The notes: generated by a model not told the origin, from the letters alone. DNA of 32,000 nucleotides from Caedimonas varicaedens (GCA_001192655.1 BBVC01000020.1:1-32000); one strand, 5' to 3'. Shown: positions 16,443 to 26,928, counted from the stretch's first letter. Numbers and translations are program-made.

Positions 16443-17095
16443 TGTCTCTTATTTCTGCTTTTGATTTCTCTGCATTGCCAAAAGAGCTTCCGATTTTCGA
16501 CCTGTCGGATGTTGTTTTGTTGCCACGAGCGCATCTGCCTATCACTGTTGAAGGGGAAAAATTCAAGACCCTTGTGGATGATGCTCTTAAACGTGATCGA
16601 CTCGTGGGTGTGGTGCAAAAAGAACCTCAGGATCAGGCGCGTCACAAGATTTTTCGATCAGGATGTTTGGGTAAAATCACAACGTTTACAGAAACAGAAC
16701 CCGGTAAATATCTTGTGATTGTTTCTGGTTTGGTGCGGTTTGTGATTTTAAAGGAGCTCAAACGAAAAAAAGGTTATCGGCGCGTTAAAGTTTCTTACGA
16801 ACCTTTCTCTTTTGATCTGATAGAAGAAAAACAAGTTCTTTTTGAACGGGAAACGCTAGTGGGTTTATTAAAGGAATATTTGACCCTGTATGGTATTTCA
16901 CCTAATTGGGATGAAATTAATGCGGCTTCTGACGAGCGACTGATTACATCACTTGCGATGGTTTGTCCTTTTGAGCCTCGTGAAAAGCAAGCTTTACTGG
17001 AAAGTCCAAGTCTTGTCGATCGATGCCGGATGATGACAGCCTTTATTGAGATGGCTTTTCTGAGAGGTTCGGGTGAACCTTGGATTCAACATTAA
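16439..17095 (+). CDS. Lon N-terminal (LON substrate-binding) domain protein
   Basis: LPIFDLSDVVLLPRAHLPITVEGEKFKTLVDDAL is the typical start of a Lon N-domain. There is no AAA or protease domain. A 4-nt overlap with the thioredoxin gene gives a pairing common in Alphaproteobacteria. Confidence 0.85.
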   Translation: MMSLISAFDFSALPKELPIFDLSDVVLLPRAHLPITVEGEKFKTLVDDALKRDRLVGVVQKEPQDQARHKIFRSGCLGKITTFTETEPGKYLVIVSGLVRFVILKELKRKKGYRRVKVSYEPFSFDLIEEKQVLFERETLVGLLKEYLTLYGISPNWDEINAASDERLITSLAMVCPFEPREKQALLESPSLVDRCRMMTAFIEMAFLRGSGEPWIQH

Positions 17096-17112
17096 AGATG
17101 GGAGTATTTTAA

Positions 17113-17307
17113 ATGACGCAATCATCTCAATCTATCGATCCCAAATTGTTGGAATTGCTGGTCTGTCCCGTGAGTAGGAAGCCCCTGAAATATGATAAGG
17201 AAACACAAGAACTGATCAGTGAAGAAGCTAAACTGGCCTATCCCATTCGTGATGGTATTCCTATTCTTTTGCCAGAAGAGGCGCGAAAACTTGGTAAAAC
17301 TCCTTGA
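17113..17307 (+). CDS. Trm112/YcaR (UPF0434) family protein
   Basis: [47 protein letters not shown] matches the Trm112-type small zinc-ribbon-like family. Confidence 0.85.
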   Translation: MTQSSQSIDPKLLELLVCPVSRKPLKYDKETQELISEEAKLAYPIRDGIPILLPEEARKLGKTP

Positions 17308-17399
17308 TTCAGGTGTAAAAATTGCCTTTAAGCAGTCAATTATGGTAAGAATGAAAAACAAGATTATTTGAAAATAATTAAACGAATTACATTAATAAA

Positions 17400-17912
17400 A
17401 TGGCGATTTTAAAAGTTTTAAGTGTTCCTGACCCACGTTTGAAAATCAAAGCACAGCCCATTGAAAAGGTTGATTTGCCAGCCAGACGTCTTATGGATGA
17501 TTTATTGGAAACAATGTATGCCACGGAGGGTGTCGGTCTTGCCGCAACACAAGTTGGTATTCATCAACGGATTATTGTCGTAGATGGAAGCGAGACAGAC
17601 AAACCTGCACCCTTGAAGCTGGCTAATCCTGAACTATTATGGATTTCTGAAGAATCTGCTTTGATGCCGGAAGCCTGTCTTTCTATTCCGGGACAATATG
17701 CTGACGTTCAACGTTTTACACGCATTAAATTTCGCTATTTGGACGAACATAACGCGATGATTGAGAGAGAAGCGAGCGGACTTCTTGCCCAGGTGATCCA
17801 GCATGAAATTGATCACCTGAATGGCATTTTGTTTATTGATCGTCTTTCTTCTCTTAAGCGGGATATCTTGCTTCGTAAGGCAATAAAAATGGGAAAAACG
17901 GGAAAAACTTGA
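17400..17912 (+). CDS. def: Peptide deformylase
   Basis: All three PDF motifs are present: GVGLAATQVG, EACLSIPG and QHEIDHLNG. Confidence 0.95.
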   Translation: MAILKVLSVPDPRLKIKAQPIEKVDLPARRLMDDLLETMYATEGVGLAATQVGIHQRIIVVDGSETDKPAPLKLANPELLWISEESALMPEACLSIPGQYADVQRFTRIKFRYLDEHNAMIEREASGLLAQVIQHEIDHLNGILFIDRLSSLKRDILLRKAIKMGKTGKT

Positions 17913-17919
17913 TTTTATC

Positions 17920-18867
17920 ATGGGAAAGCCTTCAATTGTTTTCATGGGGACACCTGATTTTGCAGTTCCCACTCTTAAGGTTCTTTTTGAAGCGGGCTAT
18001 CCAATTAAGACAGTTTACTCCCAACCCCCGCGACCGGTAGGACGAGGCCACAAAGTTCAACTGTCTCCTGTTCATCATTTTGCGCTTGAGCATCATCTTA
18101 AGGTTTTGACACCTTCTTCCTTGAGATATCCTGAATCTCAAAAAGAATTTGCGGAACTGCAAGCGGATTTTGCAGTGGTTGTTGCCTATGGCTTAATTCT
18201 GCCCAAGGAAATTTTGGCAGCAACTACTTACGGCTGCATCAACGTTCACGCGTCTTTATTGCCTCGTTGGCGAGGAGCGGCGCCTATCCAGCGTGCTATC
18301 TTGGCGGGGGATCAAAAAACAGGCGTTACGATCATGCAAATGGAAGAAGGATTGGATACAGGCCCTATGATTCTTCAGGAAGAAATAAGACTTACGCCCG
18401 AAACAACGGGACAAAGCCTGCATGATAAACTTGCGGATTTGGGGGCTAATCTTATTTTTCCTGCTCTCGAAGGGTTATTGACAGGACGAATCATACTCCA
18501 ACCCCAACCACAGAAGGGTGTTACCTATGCAGCTAAACTGACAAAAGAGGAGGCTTTCCTTGATTGGAGAAAGCCAGCTCAACAGCTTGAGCGACAAGTA
18601 CGTGCCTTTATGCCGTGGCCTGGATCCTGTTTTGTATGGGGAAGTGAAAAAATAAAGGTACTGCAAGCTTCTTACGAGTCTGGCTCATTTTCTTCCCAAC
18701 CAGGTGAAGTGTTAGATTCTGATTTGCTGGTAGCCTGTGCCCATGGCGCATTGCGTCTTATTGAGCTGCAAAGGCCTGGCAAATCAGCCTTAAAAGCCAG
18801 AGATTTTTTGAATGGTATGCCCTTGCCAAAAGGGACGCAGCTTGATACTTCCAATGACTCGTTATAA
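17920..18867 (+). CDS. fmt: Methionyl-tRNA formyltransferase
   Basis: IVFMGTPDFAVPTL and INVHASLLPRWRGAAPIQRAI are the formyltransferase signature. It lies immediately downstream of def. Confidence 0.95.
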   Translation: MGKPSIVFMGTPDFAVPTLKVLFEAGYPIKTVYSQPPRPVGRGHKVQLSPVHHFALEHHLKVLTPSSLRYPESQKEFAELQADFAVVVAYGLILPKEILAATTYGCINVHASLLPRWRGAAPIQRAILAGDQKTGVTIMQMEEGLDTGPMILQEEIRLTPETTGQSLHDKLADLGANLIFPALEGLLTGRIILQPQPQKGVTYAAKLTKEEAFLDWRKPAQQLERQVRAFMPWPGSCFVWGSEKIKVLQASYESGSFSSQPGEVLDSDLLVACAHGALRLIELQRPGKSALKARDFLNGMPLPKGTQLDTSNDSL

Positions 18868-19591
18868 AATCCTTGTTGAATATGAGGGGACACCTTTTGT
18901 GGGGTGGCAATTTCAGACGAATGGAATATCCGTTCAGGGTGTTCTGGAAGAAGCAATTTTAAACTTTTCTCAGGAAAGAGTTCGTGTTGAAGGCGCTGGA
19001 CGAACAGATGCGGGCGTTCATGCTCACGGTCAGGTGGCTCATTTTGATCTTTTAAAAGCATTTACTTCTCATAAAGTTCAGGAAGCGTTAAATTTCTATC
19101 TTCGGCTTCATCCTGTTGTTGTGCTTGCCTGTGAAATTGTAGAAGATTGTTTTCACGCACGTTTTTCTGCGATCAGACGTTCCTATCGCTATATTATTTT
19201 GAATAGACAATCACCGCCTGCTCTTGTGAAAAATCGGGTGTGGTGGATTCCCAAGCCCCTGAATCTGGGCGCCATGGAGCATGCTGCGCAATATTTCGTT
19301 GGTCAACATGATTTTACAACATTCCGGGCGACGGGATGTCAGGCTTCTTCACCTGTTAAAACTCTGGATCGTTTTGATGTGCAGCGCTATGAAGATCAAA
19401 TTTGGTTTGATGTGGAAGCCCGTTCGTTCTTGCATCATCAGGTTCGCAATATGGTCGGTTCTCTGAAGTGGGTAGGTGAAGGGAAATGGCAAAGTGAAAC
19501 GATTGTGCAAGCGCTTGAGCAGAAATCTCGCATTGCCGGTGGTCCTACAGCCCCCCCAGAAGGCCTCTATTTTTTGAAAGTTATCTATTAA
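18854..19591 (+). CDS. truA: tRNA pseudouridine(38-40) synthase TruA
   Basis: MTRYKILVEYEGTPFVGWQFQ and GAGRTDAGVHA (catalytic Asp) identify TruA. I place the start at ATG 18854, overlapping the fmt end by 14 nt, not at the longest-ORF start 18812. Confidence 0.92.
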   Translation: MTRYKILVEYEGTPFVGWQFQTNGISVQGVLEEAILNFSQERVRVEGAGRTDAGVHAHGQVAHFDLLKAFTSHKVQEALNFYLRLHPVVVLACEIVEDCFHARFSAIRRSYRYIILNRQSPPALVKNRVWWIPKPLNLGAMEHAAQYFVGQHDFTTFRATGCQASSPVKTLDRFDVQRYEDQIWFDVEARSFLHHQVRNMVGSLKWVGEGKWQSETIVQALEQKSRIAGGPTAPPEGLYFLKVIY

Positions 19592-19602
19592 CGCGCATTT
19601 TT

Positions 19603-20523
19603 CTATGCTTCTTCGGCGTGCGCTAATTTCTTGCGGACATTAAAAAATAGCAAGAGGTTTGCAGAAATAAAGATCGACGAAAATGCGCCAAACACAATTC
19701 CTACTAAAATAGGGATACAAAAAGCACGAATAACGTGCCCGCCGAAGAAACACAACGCGAGCAAAGACATGACTGTCGTGCCTACGGTAAGAATCGTTCG
19801 AGAGAGCGTTTCATTGGTGGAGAGATTAATAACGTCAGCAATCGGTGTTTTTTTATACTTCCGCAAATTTTCCCGGATACGGTCATAAATCACCACCGAA
19901 TCGTTAATAGAATATCCAATGGTTGTAAGAATGGAAATAAAAGCAGTATCATTAAATTCAAAGTTAAAAAGAGAATAAAAACCCATAACAGCAATAGCAT
20001 CATGGATAAGGGCTAAAATTCCACACAAGCCGAAATGCCACTCAAACCGAATCCATATATAAACCAACATTCCTACCAGTGCAAAAATAACCGCAAGAAT
20101 ACCGTTTTGAATGAGATCCTGGCTGACTTTGGCGCCAACTGTTTCAACACGGCGGTAGTCGACGTTATCACCAATCGTCTTTTTGATTTTTTGTAAGGCT
20201 ATTGCCTGAGCCTGTTCATTGCCTTTTTGACGTTCAATACGGATAAGAAGATCATGTTCGTCCCCAAATTCTTGCAGCTTAACCTCACCAAGTTCAAGCT
20301 TTTGCAGTTTTGAGCGCATGGCTGCCAGATCTGGTTTCTCAGAGGTGCGGATCTCAATCAGAAACCCACCCTTGAAATCAATCCCAAGGTTTAGACCTTT
20401 AAACATGAGACTGCCAAAAGAGAGTAAAATGATGAGAATAGAAAAAGCGTAAACTATATAGCGCATCCCAACGAAATCAATTTTTGTATTATAGGGAACA
20501 AGAGCTAGTCCGCGCATTTTCAC
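19603..20523 (-). CDS. secF: Protein translocase subunit SecF
   Basis: The protein is polytopic with SecF motifs (GLNLGIDFKGG, RTILTVGTT). It lies directly downstream of secD. Confidence 0.95.
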   Translation of the reverse strand: MKMRGLALVPYNTKIDFVGMRYIVYAFSILIILLSFGSLMFKGLNLGIDFKGGFLIEIRTSEKPDLAAMRSKLQKLELGEVKLQEFGDEHDLLIRIERQKGNEQAQAIALQKIKKTIGDNVDYRRVETVGAKVSQDLIQNGILAVIFALVGMLVYIWIRFEWHFGLCGILALIHDAIAVMGFYSLFNFEFNDTAFISILTTIGYSINDSVVIYDRIRENLRKYKKTPIADVINLSTNETLSRTILTVGTTVMSLLALCFFGGHVIRAFCIPILVGIVFGAFSSIFISANLLLFFNVRKKLAHAEEA

Positions 20524-20535
20524 AATGTCCTTTTT

Positions 20536-22104
20536 TCAAATAGCGAGTGTTTTGGGGTGAAACCAACGTATCCAATAGACCACAATCAAGCGACTGAGTG
20601 TAATAGCTGTAAACATTGAAACAAGAATGCCAATAGACAAAGTGACACCAAATCCTTTGACGGGGCCAGTTCCAAAGAAAAAGAGACCCCCTGCACCAAT
20701 AAGGGTTGTAATGTTTGAGTCTACAATGGTTGCCATGGCTCGTTTATAACCGGCATCAATGGCTTGGATCATACGACGACCAAGACGCAGCTCTTCTTTT
20801 ATACGTTCATTGATCAGAACATTGGCATCGACCGCTATTCCCATAGTAAGGGCAATACCGGCAATACCAGGGAGAGTCAAGGTAGCGCCAATCAGAGAGA
20901 GAACAGAAACCATCAAAATGAGGTTGAAGACCATGGCGATATTCGCAATGATTCCAAAAAGAGAGTAAGCGACCAACATAAAAAGAGCGACCATAAGAAT
21001 TGAAAGGATAGTCGCATGTTGTCCCGCTTGGATAGAATCAGCGCCCAAATCAGGACCTACAGTACGTTCTTCCAAAGGGGTCAAAGGGGCGATGAGTGCT
21101 CCTGCTCGCATTAAAAGAGCCAGATCATTGGCTTCCGGAAGAGTAAAATTTCCTTCAATCACACCATTTCCGTGAATCGTGGAATTAATGCGAGCGGCAC
21201 TAATCACTTTGTTATCCAGAACGATCGCAAGAAGGCGGCCAATATTTTTTGAGGTGATTTCGCCAAACTTACTGGCACCAAAGCTGTCAAACCTGAAACT
21301 GACTGTGGGTCGCTGATATTCATCAAAATGAACGGCTGCATCCACAAGATTCTCTCCGCCCAACAGAATTTCCTTGCGCACGACGTAATAAACAGAGTTT
21401 TTTTTGGATTTTTCATCTCCAGGCAAGAGCTCGGTGCCAGGGGGCAACGTCACATGAGGTGAGCTGACCTCAGGCATCTCCTTATCCAATAACCGGAATG
21501 TCATTTTCGCTGTTTTGCCTAATAATTCCTTCACCCGTGCTGGATTCTCAATACCCGGAAGCTGAACGACAATTCGGTCATCTCCTTGGCGCTGAATCAG
21601 GGGCTCACGGGTGCCTACCTCATCAATGCGGCGTCGAACAATCTCAATGGATTGTTCCATGATATGCTTTTTTCTTTCTGTCAGAGAGGAAGACGTAAAC
21701 TGAACTGAAATCATACCGTCTTTAGAGGTGATCTCCAAATCACGATCGGTTTTCTGGATTGCTTGCTGGACTCTGGTAAGATCAGCAGTATGACGCAATT
21801 TAAAAGTAATACTCTCCCCCGCAAGACTTAAATCCAGATACCCTATTTTCTCTGATCGCAAAGCTTTGCGTACCCCTTCCAATACAAAATTCAAGCGATC
21901 ATGAAGTCCTGCTTTAAGATCTACCTCTAACAGGATATGAGACCCTCCTTGCAGATCAAGCCCTAAATTGACTTTATGGGTCGGGAACCATTGGGGAAGC
22001 CGTTCAAGGGTTTGAGAACTTAATATATTGGGAAGCGCAAAAAGAGTCCCCAACGTACAGACCATTAAAACAACGAAAGTTTTCCATAAAGATTGCTGAA
22101 GCAT
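20536..22104 (-). CDS. secD: Protein translocase subunit SecD
   Basis: LGLDLQGGSHILLEVD is present, with a large periplasmic domain and a C-terminal 6-TM block (VDANVLINERIKEE). Confidence 0.95.
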   Translation of the reverse strand: MLQQSLWKTFVVLMVCTLGTLFALPNILSSQTLERLPQWFPTHKVNLGLDLQGGSHILLEVDLKAGLHDRLNFVLEGVRKALRSEKIGYLDLSLAGESITFKLRHTADLTRVQQAIQKTDRDLEITSKDGMISVQFTSSSLTERKKHIMEQSIEIVRRRIDEVGTREPLIQRQGDDRIVVQLPGIENPARVKELLGKTAKMTFRLLDKEMPEVSSPHVTLPPGTELLPGDEKSKKNSVYYVVRKEILLGGENLVDAAVHFDEYQRPTVSFRFDSFGASKFGEITSKNIGRLLAIVLDNKVISAARINSTIHGNGVIEGNFTLPEANDLALLMRAGALIAPLTPLEERTVGPDLGADSIQAGQHATILSILMVALFMLVAYSLFGIIANIAMVFNLILMVSVLSLIGATLTLPGIAGIALTMGIAVDANVLINERIKEELRLGRRMIQAIDAGYKRAMATIVDSNITTLIGAGGLFFFGTGPVKGFGVTLSIGILVSMFTAITLSRLIVVYWIRWFHPKTLAI

Positions 22105-22133
22105 GGGGAAGATTCTCGATTCTTATGTTATTA

Positions 22134-22556
22134 TTACCCTGTTTTTTTTCTGGAGCCAGGAGATTTTTTTGCAGGGCTTTTCGTAGGTTTATTGCTCTTG
22201 GTTACAGGCGCACTTTTGCTTTGAGACGTCATTTCGGTTGTCAGGGGTTCCGTTTTTGAAAAAACCTGGGTAATCGTTGCCTTGGCGACTCGTACCCGTA
22301 CATTCTCTGCAATCTCTACCTGAACTTCCTGTTCATTCTCAATTTTAGAGATCATCCCGATAATTCCGCCCGCAGTCAGAACACGATCGCCGCGACGCAA
22401 TCCTCCAAGCATATCACGGTGTTCTCTGGCTTTCTTGTTTTGAGGACGCAAAATCAGGAAGTACATTAACAAAAAGATTAAAACAATGGGGGCAAAATTC
22501 ATGACCTCGGGACTAATGAATGAAGAGACTTGCGCATAGGCAGGAGAAGTAAACAT
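22134..22556 (-). CDS. yajC: Preprotein translocase subunit YajC, with extended basic C-terminal tail
   Basis: LLMYFLILRPQNKKAREHRDMLGGLRRGDRVLTAGGIIG is the canonical YajC core. I place the start at ATG 22556 (MFTSPAYAQ), with AAGGA upstream. The longer ORF start at 22619 would run into the upstream gene. Confidence 0.9.
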   Translation of the reverse strand: MFTSPAYAQVSSFISPEVMNFAPIVLIFLLMYFLILRPQNKKAREHRDMLGGLRRGDRVLTAGGIIGMISKIENEQEVQVEIAENVRVRVAKATITQVFSKTEPLTTEMTSQSKSAPVTKSNKPTKSPAKKSPGSRKKTG

Positions 22557-22593
22557 GAGATTCCTTTCAATTTTAAATTTAATATTGTTATTT

Positions 22594-23577
22594 TTACTCC
22601 AGGTATTGCAAAGGGTCAACCACAGTTGATTTTTTCCTTAGCTGAAAATGCAATTGGGGAGAGCGTGCGCTGCCCGTATCGCCCACTAAAGCAATGCGAT
22701 CGCCTTTTTGTACCTTCTGTCCTCGCTTCACAAAAATCTTTGAACAATGACCATAAGCGCTCATCCATCCTCCCGGATGCTTCAAGAGAGCAAGATTACC
22801 AAACCCTTGCATTTCATTACCTTCATAAACGACGATCCCTTCTTCTACGGCGACAATCGGTGTACCCTTGGGAGCCGCAATATTAATGCCGTCATTTTTC
22901 ACTTTTCCTTTTTCCTGGCTGAAATGGCCAATGATTTCTCTCTTTACAGGCCAGGAAAATTTAGAGACAGATTTTCGGGGTTGATCTGCTTCTTCAGAAG
23001 TGGCAACAGTTGTTTCTTTTTTAGAGGGTGAAGAGGATTCTTCCTGAGAGAAATCCCCAGTGTTTTTTCTACTTTTTTCTGAATCTTTTTCCAAGGACGC
23101 AGAAGTTTTCTTCACAGCAGCGTCTTCTTTGATTTTAGGAGAGTTTGTGGGTAAGGCTGGTTCTTCAAGAGAAGAAAATTGAGCCTCGAGCTCCTTCTCG
23201 CGCTCAGCGGCTGAAAGCTTTTTTCTCTTGGGTTTCTGAGAAGGAGCAATATCATGATCGTTATTTTCTTCAGAAATTATCCTGGGAGAAGGTTTATCGG
23301 AAGAGTGAGTCTTTTTTTGCGGTTCCTCATGCTGTGGTTGAACGAGCGATTCTTTAGCGGCAGGGATTTCTTCCTGTTGAATAGTTTCTTGTTCTATAAT
23401 GGATTGTCCGGTCGCTTCAATGACGGGAGAAGGACTGATGGCTTCCGATTGAGATGATGTTGCTGCTGATGGCTCATGGTAACCATAAGACACAGGAGCA
23501 GGAGGGGACGTTCTTTGCCAACAGGCTGTCAGTAGAAACGCAACAGAAAGAAGACAGGAAATAGTTTTCATGATCAT
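22594..23577 (-). CDS. NlpD-like lipoprotein with degenerate LytM (M23) domain
   Basis: The lipobox is LLTAC ([19 protein letters not shown]). The C-terminal M23 fold is FSWPV...GINIAAPKGTPIVAVEEGIVVYEGNEMQGFGNLALLKH...GDTGSARSPQLHFQLR. The metal ligands of active M23 enzymes are substituted: HxxxD reads NDGIN and HxH reads QLH, as in E. coli NlpD. Its ATG overlaps the surE TGA (ATGA). Confidence 0.85.
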   Translation of the reverse strand: MIMKTISCLLSVAFLLTACWQRTSPPAPVSYGYHEPSAATSSQSEAISPSPVIEATGQSIIEQETIQQEEIPAAKESLVQPQHEEPQKKTHSSDKPSPRIISEENNDHDIAPSQKPKRKKLSAAEREKELEAQFSSLEEPALPTNSPKIKEDAAVKKTSASLEKDSEKSRKNTGDFSQEESSSPSKKETTVATSEEADQPRKSVSKFSWPVKREIIGHFSQEKGKVKNDGINIAAPKGTPIVAVEEGIVVYEGNEMQGFGNLALLKHPGGWMSAYGHCSKIFVKRGQKVQKGDRIALVGDTGSARSPQLHFQLRKKSTVVDPLQYLE

Positions 23578-24350
23578 ATAAAAGCAAGTTTAAGGGTTTC
23601 TAAAGTTGAATGATGGGTCAAGTCTAAGTGAAGAGGTGTAATGGAAATAGCGCCCTGGTGGATAGCTTCCAAATCGGTTTCTTCTTCTGTAGGAGAATCA
23701 TCGCGATTTCCACCAATCCAGAAAAAGGGTTTTCCGTGAGGGTCCTTCCATTTGACGAGATTATCATTAATATTGCGTAATCCTTGACGTACAACACGAG
23801 CTCCCTGAATTTTATCGACACTGATATCAGGAAAATTAATATTGATCAGGACATGACGAGGCCATGTTTGGGAAATGAGCTTTTTGACGAGAAGGGGGCC
23901 ATAGTGACGAGCGGGATCATAGGCATTTTCATGATCAGTCAAAAGCGATTGACTGAGGGCAATAGCAGGAATACCAAGAAGGGTTGCTTCCATAGCGGCT
24001 GCAACTGTCCCAGAGTAAGTAACGTCTTCTCCTAAATTAGCTCCATGATTGACGCCGGATAACATCAAATCAGGGCGGCACTCGGTCATCAGTTTGTTGA
24101 CGGCGATCATTACACAATCCGTAGGAGTTCCGTTGACTGTATAGCGCTTTGGACCCAATTCGCGAAAACGAAGAGGACGACCGATAGAGAGAGAATGAGC
24201 CGCGCCGCTTTGTTCCCATTCAGGCGCGACAATCCAGATGTCATCGGTCATTGAGGATGCAATATCTTCGAGGACTTTAAGACCCGCGGCATGGATACCG
24301 TCATCATTAGAGATAAGAATGCGCGGCTTTTGATGCATTATTTTAATCAT
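23574..24350 (-). CDS. surE: 5'/3'-nucleotidase SurE
   Basis: [18 protein letters not shown] and [25 protein letters not shown] are the SurE signature. The start is either ATG 24350 (8-nt overlap with serS) or ATG 24338. Confidence 0.93.
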   Translation of the reverse strand: MIKIMHQKPRILISNDDGIHAAGLKVLEDIASSMTDDIWIVAPEWEQSGAAHSLSIGRPLRFRELGPKRYTVNGTPTDCVMIAVNKLMTECRPDLMLSGVNHGANLGEDVTYSGTVAAAMEATLLGIPAIALSQSLLTDHENAYDPARHYGPLLVKKLISQTWPRHVLININFPDISVDKIQGARVVRQGLRNINDNLVKWKDPHGKPFFWIGGNRDDSPTEEETDLEAIHQGAISITPLHLDLTHHSTLETLKLAFI

Positions 24351-25632
24351 GAATAGAAATCCTTTTCATGCCTTTCATATAAGGTCTCAAGGCTTCTGGA
24401 ATTGTCATTGAACCGTCACTGTTTTGATAGTTTTCAATGACAGCAATGAGCGCACGCCCTACAGCAACGCCTGATCCATTGAGGGTAAACACAAACTCAG
24501 TAGTATTTTTACTCCCTGTGTCATTTTTGGGGCGAAAGCGTGCCTGCATCCGACGTGCCTGATAATCACCACAATTTGAACAGCTTGAAATCTCTCGATA
24601 CATATTTTCTCCCGGTAACCAGACTTCAAGATCATAGGTTCGGCGTGACGCGCCACTCGTATCACCACATGACAACAACATAACGCGATAGGGAATTTCC
24701 AGGCGTTGTAAAACCGTTTCTGCGGCGTTCACCATGCGCTGATGTTCTGTCTCTGCAGCATCGGGATGAACGATACTGACAAGTTCAACTTTATGGAATT
24801 GGTGCTGGCGGATCATGCCTCGAGTATCCCGACCGGCTGCACCCGCTTCTGACCGAAAACAGGGTGTAAAAGCTGTGAAGCGAAGAGGGAGGCTTCCCTC
24901 ATCCAGGATTCTTTCCCGTACCAGATTAGTCAGTGAAACTTCTGCTGTAGAAATAAGCCATCGTCCGTCCGAGGTCTGGAACAGATCTTCTCTGAATTTG
25001 GGCAGCTGTCCTACGCCATAAACAGCGTCATCCCGCACGAGCAGTGGAGGGGAAACTTCCTGATAGCCAAATTCCTGGGTATGCAGATCTAGCATAAACT
25101 GTCCCAGAGCGCGCTCAAGCCGAGCTAAAGCTCCTTTGAGGACAACAAAACGAGCACCGGAAATTTTTGTGGCGGTATCAAAATCCATGCCCTGTAATTT
25201 TTCACCGATTTCATAATGGGGTAAGGGTGTGAAATCAAACGTACGTGGCGTTCCCCACTTTCGAATTTCTATGTTCTCTGAATCTGTTCGTCCTTCGGGG
25301 ACAACATCGTCCAGAACGTTGGGAAGTTGACTGAGAAGAAGATGCAATCGATCAGCATGAAGTCGTTCTTCCTCTTCTATCGCTGGAGCCATTTCCTTGA
25401 GAGCGGACGCTTTTTGTGCCAAATCTGGCACATCTTTGCCCTGGCGTTTGGCTTCTCCGATAGCTTTGGCAAGGGCATTACGTTCGTTCTGGAGTTCTTG
25501 TAGCCGCGTTTGCGCTGAGCGACGCAAGGTATCAATTTCGATAATATGAGCGCTCATGGGTTCCTGATAACGCCGCTTTAAACTTTTATCAAGAAGTTCG
25601 GGATTTTCCCTGATCCATTTAATATCCAGCAT
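24343..25632 (-). CDS. serS: Serine--tRNA ligase
   Basis: It starts [12 protein letters not shown], then has an N-terminal coiled-coil arm and class II motifs ([44 protein letters not shown]). Confidence 0.97.
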   Translation of the reverse strand: MLDIKWIRENPELLDKSLKRRYQEPMSAHIIEIDTLRRSAQTRLQELQNERNALAKAIGEAKRQGKDVPDLAQKASALKEMAPAIEEEERLHADRLHLLLSQLPNVLDDVVPEGRTDSENIEIRKWGTPRTFDFTPLPHYEIGEKLQGMDFDTATKISGARFVVLKGALARLERALGQFMLDLHTQEFGYQEVSPPLLVRDDAVYGVGQLPKFREDLFQTSDGRWLISTAEVSLTNLVRERILDEGSLPLRFTAFTPCFRSEAGAAGRDTRGMIRQHQFHKVELVSIVHPDAAETEHQRMVNAAETVLQRLEIPYRVMLLSCGDTSGASRRTYDLEVWLPGENMYREISSCSNCGDYQARRMQARFRPKNDTGSKNTTEFVFTLNGSGVAVGRALIAVIENYQNSDGSMTIPEALRPYMKGMKRISIHD

Positions 25633-25643
25633 TTTTTTAACTC

Positions 25644-26432
25644 TTAGCTCTGAACAGAAGTATCATCTGCAACTTCCTGTTTTTCTGAAAGGTGAACAAT
25701 AAATATAGCCACTTCATACAACAAATATAAAGGCAAAGCGAGACCCAACATACTGAGAATATCAGGCGGCGTAATAATGGCTGCTAGAATAAGGATCATT
25801 AAAAAGGCATATCGTCGGCTTTTTGTCAACGTACGAGCTTTTACAATGCCGATCCGCCCTAAAAGAACAAGCAGAAGAGGTAACAGAAAAGAAATACCAA
25901 AAGCAAGAACCAGTTGCATGACAATGGCAAGATATTCACTGATGCGTGCTTCCAGTTGAATAGGAAGAACACCCTCAATCTGGGGCGTTTCAAAATGAAG
26001 AAAAAATTTCCATGCGGGTGGAATGATCAGGTAATAAGCAAAAGCAGCCCCTGATAAAAATAAAATCGGCGTTGCGATTAAAAAAGGTAGGAAAGCACGC
26101 TTTTCCAAAGGATAAAGCCCTGGTGCAATAAAAAGCCAAATCTGGATAGCAAATAAGGGAAATGTGATGAGAGAAGCTGTAAACAGTGAAACTTTTAGAT
26201 ACGTCATGAAAGCTTCTGCTAATCCTGTATAAATAAGTCGGCGATCCTCAATCCCTTCGAAAGCGGTTGCCAGTGGTTTAACCAGAAAAGCAAAAATTTC
26301 ATGTGAAAATTGATAGCACCCGACAAAAGAAAGAATAAAACCACACACGGCCCATAATAAACGGCGCCGCAGTTCTATAAGGTGGTCAATAAGGGGCGTT
26401 GCGGAAGAAGGTTCAAACGTGTTCATGATCAT
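25644..26432 (-). CDS. tatC: Sec-independent protein translocase TatC
   Basis: [13 protein letters not shown] is followed by six hydrophobic helices. It overlaps the tatB 3' end by 20 nt, or 14 nt if the start is ATG 26426. Confidence 0.93.
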   Translation of the reverse strand: MIMNTFEPSSATPLIDHLIELRRRLLWAVCGFILSFVGCYQFSHEIFAFLVKPLATAFEGIEDRRLIYTGLAEAFMTYLKVSLFTASLITFPLFAIQIWLFIAPGLYPLEKRAFLPFLIATPILFLSGAAFAYYLIIPPAWKFFLHFETPQIEGVLPIQLEARISEYLAIVMQLVLAFGISFLLPLLLVLLGRIGIVKARTLTKSRRYAFLMILILAAIITPPDILSMLGLALPLYLLYEVAIFIVHLSEKQEVADDTSVQS

Positions 26433-26703
26433 GCTCCGAAGAAGAAGAACGCATTTCCCTTTGCTGATCCTGTTCTGTGGATTGCTGAAGTTTCTCCTGA
26501 TTTATGGATTTTTGATACTCTTCAAATTTTCCTTCCTGGATGTAATGATCCAATCCCTGACGCAAGCTTGCGCTGAGCGTTTGTATTTTTTGCGACCATC
26601 TTCCAAGAGTGTGCAAGAGTTGGGGCATCTCACGGGGGCCGATTAGAACAAGAGCGGCAATCAGGATAATAAAAATCTCTCCAAGGCTGCCCAATTCTAT
26701 CAT
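26413..26703 (-). CDS. tatB: Sec-independent protein translocase TatB
   Basis: MIELGSLGEIFIILIAALVLIGPREMPQLL is a TatA/B-type N-terminal TM helix with a Gly-Pro hinge, followed by an amphipathic helix. It sits between tatA and tatC. Confidence 0.85.
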   Translation of the reverse strand: MIELGSLGEIFIILIAALVLIGPREMPQLLHTLGRWSQKIQTLSASLRQGLDHYIQEGKFEEYQKSINQEKLQQSTEQDQQREMRSSSSEHDHEHV

Positions 26704-26727
26704 TCAATTTTCTCTCAGGTCGTGTAC

Positions 26728-26907
26728 TTATTTGGTGTTTGTATCATCTCTGGATAATACAGGGGGCGTTTCTTCTTCTGATATCCCCTTTTTAAAAGCG
26801 CGGATACCACGCGCGAAATCACTCATGATTTGAGGGAGGCGACCGGCTCCAAACAAGAGAAGAGCCGCAAAAATGACTAAAAGAAGATGACTTGTGCTAA
26901 AACCCAT
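26728..26907 (-). CDS. tatA: Sec-independent protein translocase TatA (59 aa; not in the supplied ORF track)
   Basis: My own translation of the minus strand is MGFSTSHLLLVIFAALLLFGAGRLPQIMSDFARGIRAFKKGISEEETPPVLSRDDTNTK. It contains the TatA LLFG hinge and a FKKG amphipathic helix. AAGGA lies upstream of ATG 26907, and the TAA stop is at 26728-26730. Confidence 0.85.
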   Translation of the reverse strand: MGFSTSHLLLVIFAALLLFGAGRLPQIMSDFARGIRAFKKGISEEETPPVLSRDDTNTK

Positions 26908-26928
26908 ATTTCTGATCCTTCTTCAAAA

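Noticed and set aside
18672-19061. 129-aa minus-strand ORF across the fmt/truA junction, plus similar antisense ORFs in pheT, the ABC gene, secD, the nlpD-like gene, gyrB and others
   Set aside because: These are shadow ORFs inside confidently identified genes on the opposite strand.
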